64,000 bases of DNA, taken from positions 62,001-126,000 of the forward strand of contig CM076000.1 in the NCBI GenBank assembly GCA_038087875.1, given 5' to 3'. Under the pieces are notes generated by a model. The model had not been told where the DNA came from. It did no database searches and saw only the letters and a program-made list of their open reading frames with translations. This document shows, one piece after another, positions 39,790 to 53,826 of the stretch (position 1 is the stretch's first letter; each line of letters opens with the position of its first letter). The translations under genes and the position numbers were made by a program. Source of the DNA: Malacoraja senta. Taxonomy: Eukaryota.

Positions 39790-42500
39790 AGAAGGGAGAT
39801 AAGAAAAACAAACCTGAAAGCTTTGTGCCTGAATGCGAGGAGCATTTGTAATAAGGTGGATGAATTGAATGTGCAGTTAGTAGTTAAGGAATATGATTTT
39901 GTTGGAATTACGGAGACATGGCTCCAGGGTGACCAAGGCTGGGAGCTAAACATGCAGGGGTATTCGATATTCAGGAATAATAGACAGAAAGGAACAGGAG
40001 TTGGGGTGGCAATGCTGGTTAAAGAGGAGATTAATGCCATAGCAAGGAGGGACATTAGCTTGGATGCTGTAGAATTGGTATGGGTAGAACTGAAATAGCC
40101 AAGGGCAGAAAACACTTGTTGGAGTTGTATTCAGACCACCAAACAGCAGTAGGGAGGGTGGGGATAGCATCAAGCAGGAAATTAAGGATGTGTGTAGCAA
40201 AGGTACAGCAGTTATCATGGGTGACTTTAATCTACATATTGATTGGGCCAACCAAATTGGTAGCAGCGCTGAGGAGGAGGATTTCCTGGAATGTATACGG
40301 GATGGTTTTTTTAAATCAATATGTAGAAGAACTGACTAGAGGACACGCCATCCTAGACTGGGTATTGTGTAATGAGGAAGGATTAGTTAGTGATCTTGTT
40401 GTGCAAAGCCCCTTGGGCAACAGTGAATGGGTGGAATTCTGCGTTAGGATGGAAAGTGACACAGTTAATTTAGAGACCAGCAGGGGTCTTGAACTTGGGA
40501 ATTGGCTGGGATAAACTGGCAAACTATACTTAAATGGTTGACGGTGGAGATGCAGTGGCAAAGATTTAAAGACCGCATGGATGAACTTCAAAAATTGTTC
40601 ATCCCTGTCTGGCAAAAAAATTAAATGGGGGAGGCGGCTCAACCGTGGCTCACGTGGGAAATAATGGATAGTGTTAAATCCGAGGAAAAGGCATATAAAT
40701 TGGCCATAGGAAGCAGCAAATTTAGAACTCAACAAAGGAGGACAAAAGGGTTAATTAAGAGGGAGAAAAAAGAGCATGAAAGAAAGCTTGCGGGGAATAT
40801 AAAAATTAACTCTAAAAGCTTCTTTAGATATGTAAAAGATTAGTGAAGACAAATGTAGGTCCCTTACAATCAGAGACAAGTGAATTTATAATGAGAAAGT
40901 TCCTGTGGACTGGAGGGTAGCCAATGTAACCCCAGTTTTTAAGAAAGGAAGAAGAGGGAAAACAGAATTATAGACTGGTTAGCCTTACATCGGTAGTGGG
41001 AAAGATGTTTGAGTAGTTTTTTAAGATGTTATAGCAGGCCATTTGGAAAGCAGTGACAGGATCGGTCAAAGTCAGCATGGATTTATGAAGGGGAAGTCAT
41101 GCTTGACTAATCTTCATAATTTTTTGAGGTTGTAACAAGTAGAATGGATAAGGGAGAGCCAGTGGATGTGTGCATCTGGACTTTCAAAAAGCCTGACATG
41201 GTCCCACACTAGAGATTAGTGTGCAAAATTAGAGCACATGGTATCGGGAGTAGGCTATTGACATGGATAGGGAATTGGTTGGCAGACAGGAAGCAAAGAG
41301 TAGGAATTAATGGGTCCTTTTCAGAATGGCAGGCAGTGACTAGTGGAGTGCCGCAAGGCTCGGTGCTGGGACCCCAGTTATTTACAATATATATTAACGA
41401 TTTATTCGAGGGAATGTGACATCTCCAAGTTTGCGGATGATACAAGCTGGGTGGCAGTGTGAGCTGCAATGAGGATGCTATTAGGCTGCAGTATGAAATG
41501 GATAGGTTGGGTGAGTGGGCAGATGCATGGCAGATGCAGTATAATGTGGATAAATGTGAGGTTATCCACTTTGGTGGCAAGAACAGGAAGGCAGATTATT
41601 ATCTGATTGGTGCCAGATTAGGAAAAGGGGAGGTGCAACGAGACCTGGGTGTGCTTGTACATCAGTTGCTGAAAGTAACCGTGCAGGTACAGCAGGCAGT
41701 GAAGAAAGCTAATGGCATAGTCATAGAGTGATACTTCGGCCCAACTTGCCCACACCGGCCAACAATGTCCCAGCTACATTAGTCCCACTTGCCTGCGCTT
41801 GGTCCATATCCCTCCAAACCTGCCCTATCCATGTACCTGTCTAACTGATTCTTAAATGATGGGATAGTCCCAGTCTCAACTACCTCCTCTGGCAGCTTGT
41901 TCCATACACTCACCACCCTTTGTGTTGGCCTTCATTGCGAGAAGATTTGCGTTTAGGATCAAGGAGGTCCTGTTGCAGTTATACAGGGCCCGGGTGAGAC
42001 CGCACCTGGTGTATTGTGTGCAATTTTGGTCTCCTAATTTGCTATTGATGGAGTGCAGCGTAGGTTCAGCAGGTTAATTTCCAGGGTGGAGTGACTGACA
42101 TTTGATGAAAGAATGGGTCGACTGGGCTTGTATTCACTGGAATTTAGAAGGATGAGAATGGATCTTATAGAAACATATAGAATTCTTGAAGGATTGGAAA
42201 GGGTTGGTGGAAGAAAAATGTTCCTGATGTTGGGGGAGTCCAGAACCAGGGATTTCATTTTAAGAATAAAGGGTAGGCCATTTAGTACTGAGATGAGGAT
42301 AAACTTCTTCACCCAGAGAGTTGTGAATCTGTGGAATTCTCTGCCACAGAAGGTAGTGGAGGCCATTTCACTGGATGTTTTCAAGAGAGTTAGATCTAGC
42401 TCTAAGGGTTAAAGGAATCAAGGGATATGGGTAAAAAGCAGGAACGGGGGCACTGATTTTGAATGGCCGACAGCTGCACCTATTTTTCAATGTTTCTATG
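39790..42500 (+). mobile_element. degenerate CR1 LINE ORF2 (APE endonuclease plus RT)
   Basis: [50 protein letters not shown]; interrupted at about 41720-41925 by an opposite-strand LINE 3' fragment. Confidence 0.92.
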
Positions 42501-43193
42501 AACATTTTTTTAAATTTTCTAATACATTTTAAATTCACATACTGAGTGTTTCTAACTAGTTGCTCATTAATTTGACAGTTCTGAATATATACCAGTTTAT
42601 AAGTTATTATGGTGACTTGCATTTGTGGAATGCATGTTTTTTAAAAGGCTAAGCTGTGCAATATGGGATCATTTATCTCCTTCCTCAGCTCAGATCAGCA
42701 AGATATTGCAGATTTTGGGCAGGTAACAAATTGAGGCTGATTCTTGGCATTAGAGTAAGGGGGAGAAATTGGGATAATATAATAAAAATAAGGTTTTTTT
42801 AGTGAAAGAAAGATAAATTGGGCAAAAAGCATGAAGCAATAAAAATGACCAGAGCTATTCATATCATGTAGATGTGAGATTGATGCTAGTAGGTTTTTCC
42901 CCCACGCTAAGTGAATGGAATAGATTTTTGGTTTGAGTGCTGATAATGATACAGTTGAATAACCGCATTAATGATGATACAGTTGAATAACCGCATTGAT
43001 AGCAGCCCCAATGTCCTTCCTTTGAATTTCTTGTCATTTGTTCAAAATGTATGAGAAACTGACAATGTAACAATATACATTGATATCTTGTCTGAATATT
43101 CTTCTATAAAAATTTGCTGCTGAAAGATGGTTGATAATGTCTCCTCAACAGATACTATTAAAAATATTCATAATATTTTTTTTTTCTTTTCAG

Positions 43194-43286
43194 GAGCAAT
43201 TAATAATGCTACGAAAACAAATGCGAGCTTTCTGCCAGATCTGTCAGCGTTACCTGACCAATGTTAATACAGCTGTTAAAGAACAG
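43194..43286 (+). CDS. STAG2: STAG2 exon
   Basis: [31 protein letters not shown]. Confidence 0.94.
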
Positions 43287-44070
43287 GTAATAGAAACCAA
43301 TTTTTTGCCATGAAGGTATCTATGTATTTTCATATGCTAGAAATGGCAAACCATGTTTGAGAGAAGAAATTTAATAATATTGTGTTCATTTGGAGAAAGC
43401 AAAAAGGAAAAATATTCCAATTTTTAAAATGATTACTTGGATAGTCTTAAATAAGTCTTCATAATGGTTCAGAAGTTGATGGCAAATAGTCATAAATTTA
43501 AAATGATCAAAGTGGGGGTAGTCAAAGTGGATCTGATGGTACAATCTACAAAAATCCAATGCACAGATGATGGTCAGAATGACACTGTTATCTGTTGCAC
43601 AATTGTTAAAAATAACCTCAAACTAGTTTTAGATTCTGCTGAAGAAAGTAACTCACCTGTAGGCCACACCTTTTGCACCCTATGATAACTCCAGTAGATT
43701 ATATTATCTATATATATATATATATATAGCATCATTCCTGCTAAGTCTTTGGAGTTTGCCTTTTTGTTTCCTGTGGAATTCTGCGATTTTGGTTTTCTAC
43801 ATGAATGGATTTGGTGCAGTGCCCTTAACACAGGAATGAGCCTTCACAGAATTACATTTAGAAATATTGAAAGAAGCAAACCTCTAAGAAAGAAAAAACT
43901 AGCGTTATTTGCCTAAATATAATTTACTTCAAGAAAGAAACGCACCTGACCAATACTTGAAGAAATTGAGTTAAACTTTTCACGTGATAAGATGTATTTA
44001 ATTTATGCAATGACATTCCATTTGAAGTATCTCAGTAACTTTCAGTAATCATTTCTATTTTGTTTTGTAG

Positions 44071-44245
44071 GCTTTCACTATCTTGTGTGATATTCTGATG
44101 ATTTTTAGCCACCAGATTATGGCAGGTGGACGTGAAGTTCTGGAACCTCTGATTTACAGTCCAGATTCATGTCTACAGTCAGAGTTACTGAGCTTCATCT
44201 TGGACCATGTATTTATTGATCAGGATGAAGACGGCCATAGTACAG
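44071..44245 (+). CDS. STAG2: STAG2 exon
   Basis: [58 protein letters not shown]. Confidence 0.95.
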
Positions 44246-44734
44246 GTGAGTGATGTCATTTCTCATGTATACTTATCTGGGGCAACAAATTCAGCTTTTA
44301 CTTTGGCCTTCTTCCCATTGAAACAGTTTTTAATGTAAATTTGATGTCAATTTAAGGGGAGAGTGGCTTCCTGGAGAACAAAAAACACGAAGCTCTTTAT
44401 CTTTAAGAAAGAACTACAGATGCTTGAAAAATCTAAGTACACAAAAAATGCTGGAGAAACTCAGCGGGTGAGGCAGGTCATCAGTGACTCAAAATGGTCA
44501 GAGATGAGACCAGCATGTGTCAGACTAGTAATAATACCACTGAGCAGGATATGCTTTCTTGGCCTTGAGTATCTTGTTGTTTGCCAAGCAAAGTGGAAGT
44601 GCCTGTGGGTGCAGTAGGACATTTTAAATAATGAGCTGTACTGTTGTACTGGAGACCCATCCAGGAGACTTTCAGGCAAACAAATTTGACATCCAACTTT
44701 TTCACCACTAACCGTTGGTTATTAATTGTTATAG

Positions 44735-44874
44735 ATGGACATCAAGATGATGAAGCTGGTAAAATTGAGGCTTTACATAAAAGGAGGAACCTTCTTGCAG
44801 CTTTCTGTAAATTAATTGTATATAATGTGGTGGACATGAATACAGCTGCAGATGTTTTTAAGCAGTACATGAAG
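44735..44874 (+). CDS. STAG2: STAG2 exon
   Basis: [47 protein letters not shown]. Confidence 0.95.
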
Positions 44875-45290
44875 GTAAACATTTTCAACCTCATTTTCAT
44901 TCATGTATATAATATAAAATATCGCATGCAACTGAGCAGCTAACACTTCAGAAAAGGATACTTTATTTCAACATTGTAAGGAATTTTGGGATGGAACCAA
45001 TAACCTGTTTTTGGCAATGGTTAAGTCAGTAGAGTATCACGTGCACAGAAAAATCATATGTGAAACTGCCCAGGTGGAATATGTGTTCTGTATTTTCCTT
45101 CATTCAGAAGCTTGCAAGGATATTTTATTGCTGTCTTCCTCTTGTTAGTTTTTTGTATGGCATTTATATGCTTACTAAAATAAAGATGTTTTATGTTGTT
45201 AAGTTATAATTATAACTTATATATCAAATTCGCAGTACTTTATCATTGTACAATAATGAATAGATCTATTGTTCATAATTTTGTTTTTAG

Positions 45291-45407
<117 letters not shown>

Positions 45408-45599
45408 TAATTGTCAGAAGCATTATCAAATTGAAATATTCTGCTGAAAACAAATTGCAGTAAACACTCACAATATTTGAATAGATAACATTTGAGTTTT
45501 ATCAGTAAATTAAATGCTGAAGAATAAAAGTTTGAGTGGGGAGGGGTTCTTTCAGGGAAATTTCCAAGCACATTTTGGAATTTGGAATGCATCCATTTC

Positions 45600-45856
45600 C
45601 AGAGACATACAGCGCAGAAAAAGACCCATTCCTGTTAATACCCCACAGATTCTACCACTCACCGACATACTAGGGGGAATTTACAGTGGCCAATTAATCT
45701 ACCAGCTCGCACGTCTTTAGGATGTGGGAGGAAACCGGAGCTCCAGGAGGAAACCCATGTGTCAAGGAGATTGTGCAAACTACACTTACATAGCACCTGA
45801 GGTCAGGATTGAATCTGGGTCTCTGGCGCTATGAAGCAACAGCTCTACCAGCTGTG
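45600..45856 (-). mobile_element. tRNA-derived V-SINE (HE1-like)
   Basis: Minus strand shows a B-box-like cagattcaatcctgacc and the V-core gggtttcctcctggagctccggtttcctcccac. Confidence 0.7.
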
Positions 45857-46226
45857 AATGATTTTGTGCATGCTTCATAATTCTTCACTTGTTCTGTTCC
45901 ATTTGGGCATTTGCATTATATAGATAGCAAGGACCATATATTGTGGGGTTTAATGCATTTTGACCCAAAGAGCCATTTCAAACCTCCATTCACATTTGCT
46001 TTACAATTTTGGACTGTTAAAAAATATCGCAATTTATAGATTGCAATTTGCATGCAGTCAATCTAAGCAAAGTGTAAGTTGGGTAAAATGTAAGACTGTT
46101 TAAATTTGTTCACGGACGGAGACTGTGATTTTATTGGTTTTTCTTTCATGTAATACATATTTTCTCAGAATTTTTGTAAAGTTCCGTTTGAAATGTTCTG
46201 CTTTTTCCAATGTTCATTATTTACAG

Positions 46227-46375
46227 TTGTTTGGTGAGTTGGATCAGGACATTGGACTTAATTTTGATCGGTCAACTCCTGGCTTTAGTAGTATTAAAGA
46301 ACTTGCACGCCGTTTCTCATTAACGTTTGGCTTGGATCAGCTAAAAACCAGAGAAGCTGTAGCAATGCTGCACAA
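46227..46375 (+). CDS. STAG2: STAG2 exon
   Basis: [50 protein letters not shown]. Confidence 0.95.
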
Positions 46376-46514
46376 GTAAGTTTTTGTCATGTTTAAAATT
46401 GTATTTCCTTCATTTAGATTATATAGGTTCTGCGTTGATGGGTGAAATTATGATCCAAAAGTATGAAGGCATGAAAACACCATTATTTTTTTAAATAACC
46501 ACTTCATTTTTGTA

Positions 46515-48627
46515 GGTAGACAAAAATGCTGGAGAAACAGTGGGCGAGGCAGCATCTATGGAGCGAAGGAATAGGTGACGTTTCGGGTTGAGACCCTTCT
46601 TCAGACTGATGGGGGGGGGGGGGTGGGAAGAAGAAAGGAAGAGGTGGAGACAATGGGCTGTGGGAGAGCTGGGAAGGGATGGGGAAGGAGGGAGAAATCA
46701 AGGACTACCTGAAATTGGAGAAGTCAATGTTCATACTGCTGGGGTGTAAACTACCCAAGCAAAATATGAGGTGCTGCTCCTCCAATTTGTGGTGGGACTC
46801 ACTCTGGCCATGGAGGAGGCCCAGGACAGAAAGGTCGGATTTGGAATGGGAGGGGGAGCTGAACTGCTGAGCCACCGGGAGATCAGGTTGGTTAATGCGA
46901 ACTGTGCGGAGGTGTTGGGCAAAGCGATCGCCAAGCCTGCGCTTGGTCTCACCGATGTAGAGCAGTTGACACCTAGAGCAGCGGATGCAATAGATAAGGT
47001 TGGAGGAGGTGCAGGTGAACCTCTGCCTCACCTGGAAAGACTGCTTAGGTCCTTGGATGGAGCCAAGCGACAAGTGTAGCATTTTCTGCGGTTGCAAGAG
47101 AAAGTACCAAGGGAGGGGGTGGTTTGGGTGGGAAGGGACAAATTGACCAGGGAGTTATGGAGGGAGCGGTCTCTGCGGATAGCCGAAAGGGGAGGAGATG
47201 GGAAGATGTGGCTAGTGGTGGGATCCTGTTGGAGGTGGCGAAAATGTCGGAGGATTATCTGTTGTATGTGGGGTGGAAGGTGAGGACAAGGGGGACTCTG
47301 CCCTTGTTACGAGTGGGGGGATGGGGAGTGGGGCTGCAGGATATAGAAGAGACTCTGGTGAGAGCCTCATCTATACTTGAAGAGGAGAACTCCTGGTACC
47401 TAAAGATGCCCTGGTTTGGAACACCTCATCCTGGGTGCAGATGCGGCATAGACGGAGGAATTGGGAGTAGGGGATAGTCCTTACAGGAAGCAGGGTGGGA
47501 AGAAGTGTAGTCCAGATAGCCATGGGAGTCAGTGGGTTTGTAGTAGATGTCGGTCAGTAGTCTGTTACCTGCGATGGAGATAGTGAGGTCTAGAAACGAT
47601 AGGGAGATGTCAGAAATGGCCCAGGTGAATTTGAGTGCCGGATGGAAGTTAGTGGTGAAATGGATGAAGTCAGTGAGTTCTGCATGAGTGCAGGGAGTAG
47701 GGGTAATGTAATTGAGGTAGAGTTCGGGAATAGGGCCACGGTACGCCTCAAACAAGGATTATTCGACGTATGCTACAAAGAGGCAGGCATAGCTAGGGCC
47801 CATGTGCATGCCCATAGCTATGCCTTGGATTTGGAGGAAATGGGAGGAGTCAAAGGAAAAGTTGTTGAGGTTAGGGACCAGCTCCGCTAGGCGGAGGAGA
47901 GTATCAGTAGATGGGAATTGGTTGGTTCTGCGGTTGAGGAAGAAACGGAGGGCTTTAAGACCCTCCTGGTGGGGGATGGAGGTGTAGAGTGACTGGACAT
48001 CCATGGTAAAGATGAGGGAATGGGGGCCTGGAAAACGGAAGTCATGGAGGAGACGAAGAGCGCGTGAAGTGTCTTGGACATTGGTGGGGAGGGATTTGAC
48101 CAGGGGGGAATAGGATGGAGTGAAGTTATGTGAAAATAAGTTCGGTGGGACAAGAACAAGCAGAAACAATGGGTCTGCCAGGACAATCAGGTTTGTGGAT
48201 TTTCAAGTTCAAGTTCAAGTTAATTTAATTGTCATGTGTCCCTGGTAGGACAATGAAATTCTTGCTTTGCGGAAATCGGGCCGTGCGGGGCTGGGGAACG
48301 ATGAGGTTGGAGGCTTGGGAGGGCAGGGAGCCGGAAGTGATGAAGCCAGTGATAGTGTCTGAGATAATGGCCTGGTGCTCGTCTGTGGGGACATGGTCCA
48401 AGGATAAGTAGGAGGAGGTGTCTGAGAGTTGGCGCCTGGCCTCAGACCAGTAGAGATCAGCGCGCCAAGCTTCTTCCCACCCCCCACCACCACCCCTACA
48501 TCAATCTGAAGAAGGGTCTCGACACGTCACCTATTCCTTCGCTCCATAGATGTTTCCTCACCAGCTGAGTTTCTCCAGCATTTTTGTCTACCTTCTATTT
48601 TTCCAGCATCTGCAGTTCTTTCTTAAA
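46515..48627 (-). mobile_element. Penelope-like element (RT plus GIY-YIG, disrupted) with inverted pLTRs
   Basis: IFTMDVQSLYTSIP, GIAMGMHMGPSYACLF, SFLDLTI..DIYYKPTDSH, NLIYCIRC..LYIGETKR; 15-bp TSD cacttcat(t/g)tttgta at 46500 and 48628. Confidence 0.93.
46577..46604 (-). ncRNA. minimal hammerhead ribozyme core
   Basis: Minus strand reads CTGAAGAAGGGTCTCAACCCGAAACGTC. Confidence 0.65.
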
Positions 48628-49796
48628 CACTTCATGTTTGTACTACATTTATACACTTAATGTAGAAAAAAAATCTTGGATAAAACATTGTATTACCAGA
48701 TTAATTTATGCCAAGTTCCACAAAAATTACAAATGAAAGGATGTGCTTGAGTGGTGTAAATAGCAGGACGCTTAACATTTAGGTCTTTGGCCTAGCACAT
48801 CAAATTCACTTGTGGGCTAAGGTATTGCATATTTTTTTATAAGCAAGCTGTACAATTCTCATTTCCAAAAGCCAGGCATAGGAAGTGTCTGGTTTTACTT
48901 TTTGAGTGATGCAGAATAGTTATTGTTCTTCTGTGATGGAAGAATAAATTTTCAGTTGTATAATGCTGACGTTATAGTACAATAAAACACTCTTGAAGTA
49001 CAGTATTTCCATGCAAATAATGAGAGCCCAGAAGTGGTGAGTGAATAATCAGTATTGGTACAAATTATCACATAAATGCACATTTCCAAATGAAATGTTT
49101 CAGATTGATGACCTTTCTTCACAGCCATTCTTTCAAACATGTTTGGTAAACAAGAGTAAATTGGTTCGGAGTTGTGATCATTGATGTGAGACATTGTGTT
49201 TCTCATTCCATGGATGTTGCCTAACTTGCTGAGGGTTTGCAGCATTTTCTGTTTTTATTTCATGTTTCCAGCATCAGCCACTCTTACTTTTAGAATTTTT
49301 TTTGCACGATGTGACATCAACCAACCAGAATTTCATTGGAATAATTAGGTCATAATTCATGGTTGTTAGCTTTGTCAACATACAAGTTCAAATCAGTTTG
49401 TGATGTGGAATATTAGATAAGGCAGAGCTAAATTTTCTTGGTGGGTAGAAAATGGAAGAATAAAATTTGAACTTGGATTCAATTCTGGTCTTTCCGTGAG
49501 CTGTGGGCAGTATATTAATTCATGGATTTTATATAGCCCACTATCTCCCAAAGGGAATATTTTTGTCAGATCACAATCTCAGAGGTATCAAGTTAAATTG
49601 CAGTATATTTCTACCCTACTTTACCCACAATTAACCCTATCTACTGCTTTCCACAGTCATTTGACCCATCAGCAGATACACTGAGTCCCTCATTATTTTT
49701 TATTTAATGTTCCTGTGAATTGCTTTCATGTGACCAGTAATTGTACCTGTTTCTTTTAAGTAATATGTAGCATTTTTTAACTGCTTGTTTTGCCTG

Positions 49797-51165
49797 TGCC
49801 TTCCAATTCGGATAAATCCAATTGACTGCTGAAGGTCGTAAGTAGTCTCTATGCTTCTGCAATAAGCGAGTTCGGTATTTCGATAAACGCAAGGAATCAT
49901 GGGATTTGTCAAAGGTCATTTGGGATTTTAAAAAAGCGAACGCAGTGCTGTATAAACTGTGTATAAATTGTTAACTATTCTACCAAGGAATTAATCTAGA
50001 ATTCTGTCAACTCAATAGCTTCCTTTCTTGTTCTGCTGTTCACACACTACTTACGCAGTCCCAGTTCTAGTTCAGTTCATTAATCTGCATTTATGAGATA
50101 TTCAAAAAGTTAAAGAATTTATTATTTTCATTTAATCCTTAATGTGTTTGCTACTGGAATAAGCAAATATTACTTTGTTTGAAACATTTTCTTAAGTTTA
50201 TTCATAATTTATGTGTAAAAATATATTTAATCTGAAGCAGGCAGCGACTATCAGTGTGATGTGGGCTGATGCTTTACCTACAGACGGTGTGAATGTACCG
50301 TTAGGGCAAAGATTCATCTCAGAGGAAAACTGAGTACAGGGTTGGCCCTGTGAAGGAGCCGCCAATCCGATATAAGACATTTAACTGTGAAATGCCTGCC
50401 CTTTAGTATTGGATAGATTGAGTGGAGGGTCTGTGCTGTTCCAAGTTTGCGGTGGTTGCGGTGTGTTTCCCCCAGCTATCTCGCCCAGTGCACGTTCACC
50501 AGCACAGTTCGCCAGCCCTTGTGCAGGTGTTAACCGAAGCCCATAGGTTTTGTGTAGGTTCTGCGTTCGGATCGGGCACGCAGCGAGCTAGCGAGAGGGT
50601 TGTCAGATCAGATCAGCCCAGATTGCCGAGTGGCCGAAGGGCGGATTTTAATGGGTCGTTATTAAACTGTTCCGTCTGTGCGGCATCGCCAGCTCTCTCT
50701 CTCTCCCAGATCCCCCACCCCAACTGTCGACATGCTCCCATTCATATTACGGGTTGGCTCTACGTTTGCCCACTCGCTGGAGCGGGCGGTGCCTCCTTCA
50801 AAGAGAGCGAGAACAGGCATTCGTTCTCTCTCCCAAATGGTCTCATTAAGCTGTTCTTTCGCACAGTTTACCCCTGTTAAATTTCATCTGCTTTCTCTGA
50901 AGCCTTTCATTTCATTCTCCCCCCCCCCCCCCCCCCCCAACAAAAACAATGAGTGTTATTCATCGTCACGATCTCGCTCACTTACCTCGAAGAAGCAAAA
51001 CTGGAAAATATGGATGAAACGCAGGTCTGTATGCATGCAGCAGCTCAGCTTGCGAGAATGTTCATCGCGAATGACCTAAGACGTGGGCATGCGTAGTTGA
51101 AATACCGAACTCACTTATTCCAAGATCAAATCATTCTATAGGAAATTACAGACCAATGAACTGGA
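49797..51165. mobile_element. probable non-autonomous DNA element with subterminal inverted repeats
   Basis: aataagcgagttcggtatttcga (49861-49883) pairs with ttgaaataccgaactcacttatt (51097-51119); CpG-rich core; ends approximate. Confidence 0.45.
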
Positions 51166-51179
51166 GAGGAATAGAGTGT

Positions 51180-51401
51180 TTAAGAAGGAACTGCAGATGC
51201 TGGAAAATCGAAGGTACACAAAAATGCTGGAGAAACTCAGCAGGTGCAGCAGCATCTATGGAGCGAAGGAAATAGGCAACGTTTCGGGCCGAAGAAGGTC
51301 TGAACGGTCTGAAGAAGGGTTTCGGCCCGAAACGTTGCCTATTTCCTTCGCTCCATAGATGCTGCTGCACCCGCTGAGTTTCTCCAGCATTTTTGTGTAC
51401 C
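51180..51401. mobile_element. mini PLE derivative made of an inverted pLTR pair only
   Basis: Perfect 14-bp TSD gaggaatagagtgt (51166-51179, 51402-51415); inverted arms of about 80 bp. Confidence 0.85.
51309..51336 (+). ncRNA. minimal hammerhead ribozyme core
   Basis: CTGAAGA-A-GGGT TTCG GCCC-GAAAC-GTT. Confidence 0.7.
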
Positions 51402-51543
51402 GAGGAATAGAGTGTGTTCTATTTAAATCTCAAATGAGTTCAAGATAGTTCAAGTTTTGTTGTAATATTTAGTTTTGCAGCCCAAGTATGTCAGCCCAAA
51501 TGTGTGACATCTCTAAGCGTCCAGAACACGTTACATTTTTATT

Positions 51544-53465
51544 ACATACATAGATACATAGATACATAGAAAATAGGTGCAGGAGTAGGCCATTCGGCCC
51601 TTCGAGCCTGCACCGCCATTCAATATGATCATGGCTGATCATCCAACTCAGTATCCCGTACCTGCCTTCTCTCCATACCCCCTGATCCCCTTAGCCACAA
51701 GGGCCACATCTAACTTCCTCTTAAATATAGCCAATGAACTGGCCTGAACTACCCTCTGTGGCAGAGAGTTCCAGAGATTCACCACTCTCTGTGTGAAAAA
51801 GTTTTTCCTCACCTCGGTCTTAAAGGATTTCCCCCTTATCCTTAAGCTGTAACCCCTTGTCCTGGACTTCCCCAACATCGGGAACAATCTTCCTGCATCT
51901 AGCCTGTCCAACCCCATAAGAATTTTGTACGTTTCTATAAGATCCCCTCTCAACCTCCTAAATTCTAGCGAGTATAAGCCAAGTCTATCCAGTCTTTCTT
52001 CATATGAAAGTCCTGACATCCCAGGAATCAGTCTGGTGAACCTTCTCTGCACTCCCTCTATGGCTATAATGTCCTTCCTCAGATTTGGAGACCAAAACTG
52101 TACGCAATACTCCAGGTGTGGTCTCACCAACACCCTGTACAACTGCAGTAGAACCTCCCTGCTCCTATACTCAAATCCTTTTGCTATGAAAGCTAACATA
52201 CCATTCGCTTTCTTCACTGCCTGCTGCACCTGCATGCCTACTTTCAATGACTGGTGTACCATGACACCCAGGTCTCGCTGCATCTCCCCATTTCCTAATC
52301 GGCCACCATTTAGATAATAGTCTGCTTTCCTGTTTTTGCCACCAAAGTGGATAACCTCACATTTATCCACATTATACTGCATCTGCCAAACATTTGCCCA
52401 CTCACCCAGCCTATCCAAGTCACCTTGCAGTCTCCTAGCATCCTCCTCACAGCTAACACTGCCCCCCAGCTTAGTGTCATCCGCAAACTTGGAGATGTTG
52501 CCTTCAATTCCCTCATCCAGGTCATTAATATAAATTGTAAATAGCTGGGGTCCCAGCACTGAGCCGTGCGGTACCCCACTAGTCACTGCCTGCCATTGTG
52601 AAAAGGACCCGTTTACTCCTACTCTTTGCTTCCTGTTTGCCAGCCAGTTCTCTATCCACATCAATACTGAACCCCCAATACCGTGTGCTTTAAGTTTGTA
52701 TACTAATCTCTTATGTGGTACCTTGTCGAAAGCCTTCTGAAAGTCCAGATACAACACATCCACTGGTTCTCCCCTATCCACTCTACTAGTTACATCCTCG
52801 AAAAATTCTATAAGATTCGTCAGACATGATTTACCTTTCGTAAATCCATGCTGACTTTGTCCAATGATTTCACCACTTTCCAAATGTGCTGCTATCCCAT
52901 CTTTAATAACTGACTCTAACAGTTTCCCCACTACCGATGTTAGACTAACTGGTCTGTAATTCCCCGTTTTCTCTCTCCCTCCCTTCTTAAAAAGTCGGGT
53001 TACGTTTGCTACCCTCCAATCCTCAGGAACTACTCCAGAATCTAAAGAGTTTCGAAAAATTATCACTAATGCATCCACTATTACTGGAGCTACTTCCTTA
53101 AGTACTCTCGGATGCAGCCTATCTGGCCCTGGTGATTTATCGGCCTTTAATCCATTCAATTTACCCAACACCACTTCCCGACTAACCTGGATTTCACTCA
53201 GTTCCTCCATCTCCTTTGACCCGCGGTCCCCTGCTATTTCCGGCAGATTATTTATGTCTTCCTTAGTGAAGACGGAACCAAAGTAGTTATTCAATTGGTC
53301 TGCCATATCCTTGTTCCCCATGATCAATTCACCTGTTTCTGACTGCAAGGGACCTACATTTGTTTTAACTAATCTCTTTCTCTTCACATATCTATAAAAA
53401 CTTTTGCAGTCAGTTTTTATGTTCCCTGCCAGTTTTCTTTCATAATCTATTTTCCCTTTCCTAAT
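51544..53465 (-). mobile_element. young 5'-truncated CR1 LINE with an uninterrupted RT frame
   Basis: ORF 51648..53540 (630 aa): YLDFQKAFD, GVPHGSVLGP, KFADD; (catagata)n octamer tail; no endonuclease domain. Confidence 0.96.
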
Positions 53466-53551
53466 ACATTCTGTATCTGTACCAGGTATTAAGGTACTTT
53501 GAAGTGCATTGGTTATTTTCCAGTTATAACTGTTTGACATTGAATTTGCAG

Positions 53552-53680
53552 AGATGGCATTGATTTTGCCTTCAAGGAGCCCAATGTAAATGGAGAAGGT
53601 TATCCTGCTGTGAATTTAGCTTTCCTGGATGTTCTTAGCGAATTCTCTTCTAAACTCATCAGACAAGACAAGAGAACACT
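53552..53680 (+). CDS. STAG2: STAG2 exon
   Basis: [43 protein letters not shown]. Confidence 0.95.
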
Positions 53681-53826
53681 GTAAGTACAAAACCTTAATG
53701 TTTTTAAATCGTCTGTTGATGAGGGACTTTGTATAAAATCAGGCATATTTTTGTTTTAATGTTGATAAATTTTAATTATTGTGCACAATAGTATACCTGT
53801 TTCATGTATTTTGTTTCTGATTTCAG

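Noticed and set aside
42946..42997. 24-bp tandem duplication (similar one at 3363-3392)
   Set aside because: Ordinary slippage duplications with no further structure.
50422..51079. 152-aa and 133-aa overlapping ORFs
   Set aside because: GC-rich repeat interior with weak starts and no motifs.
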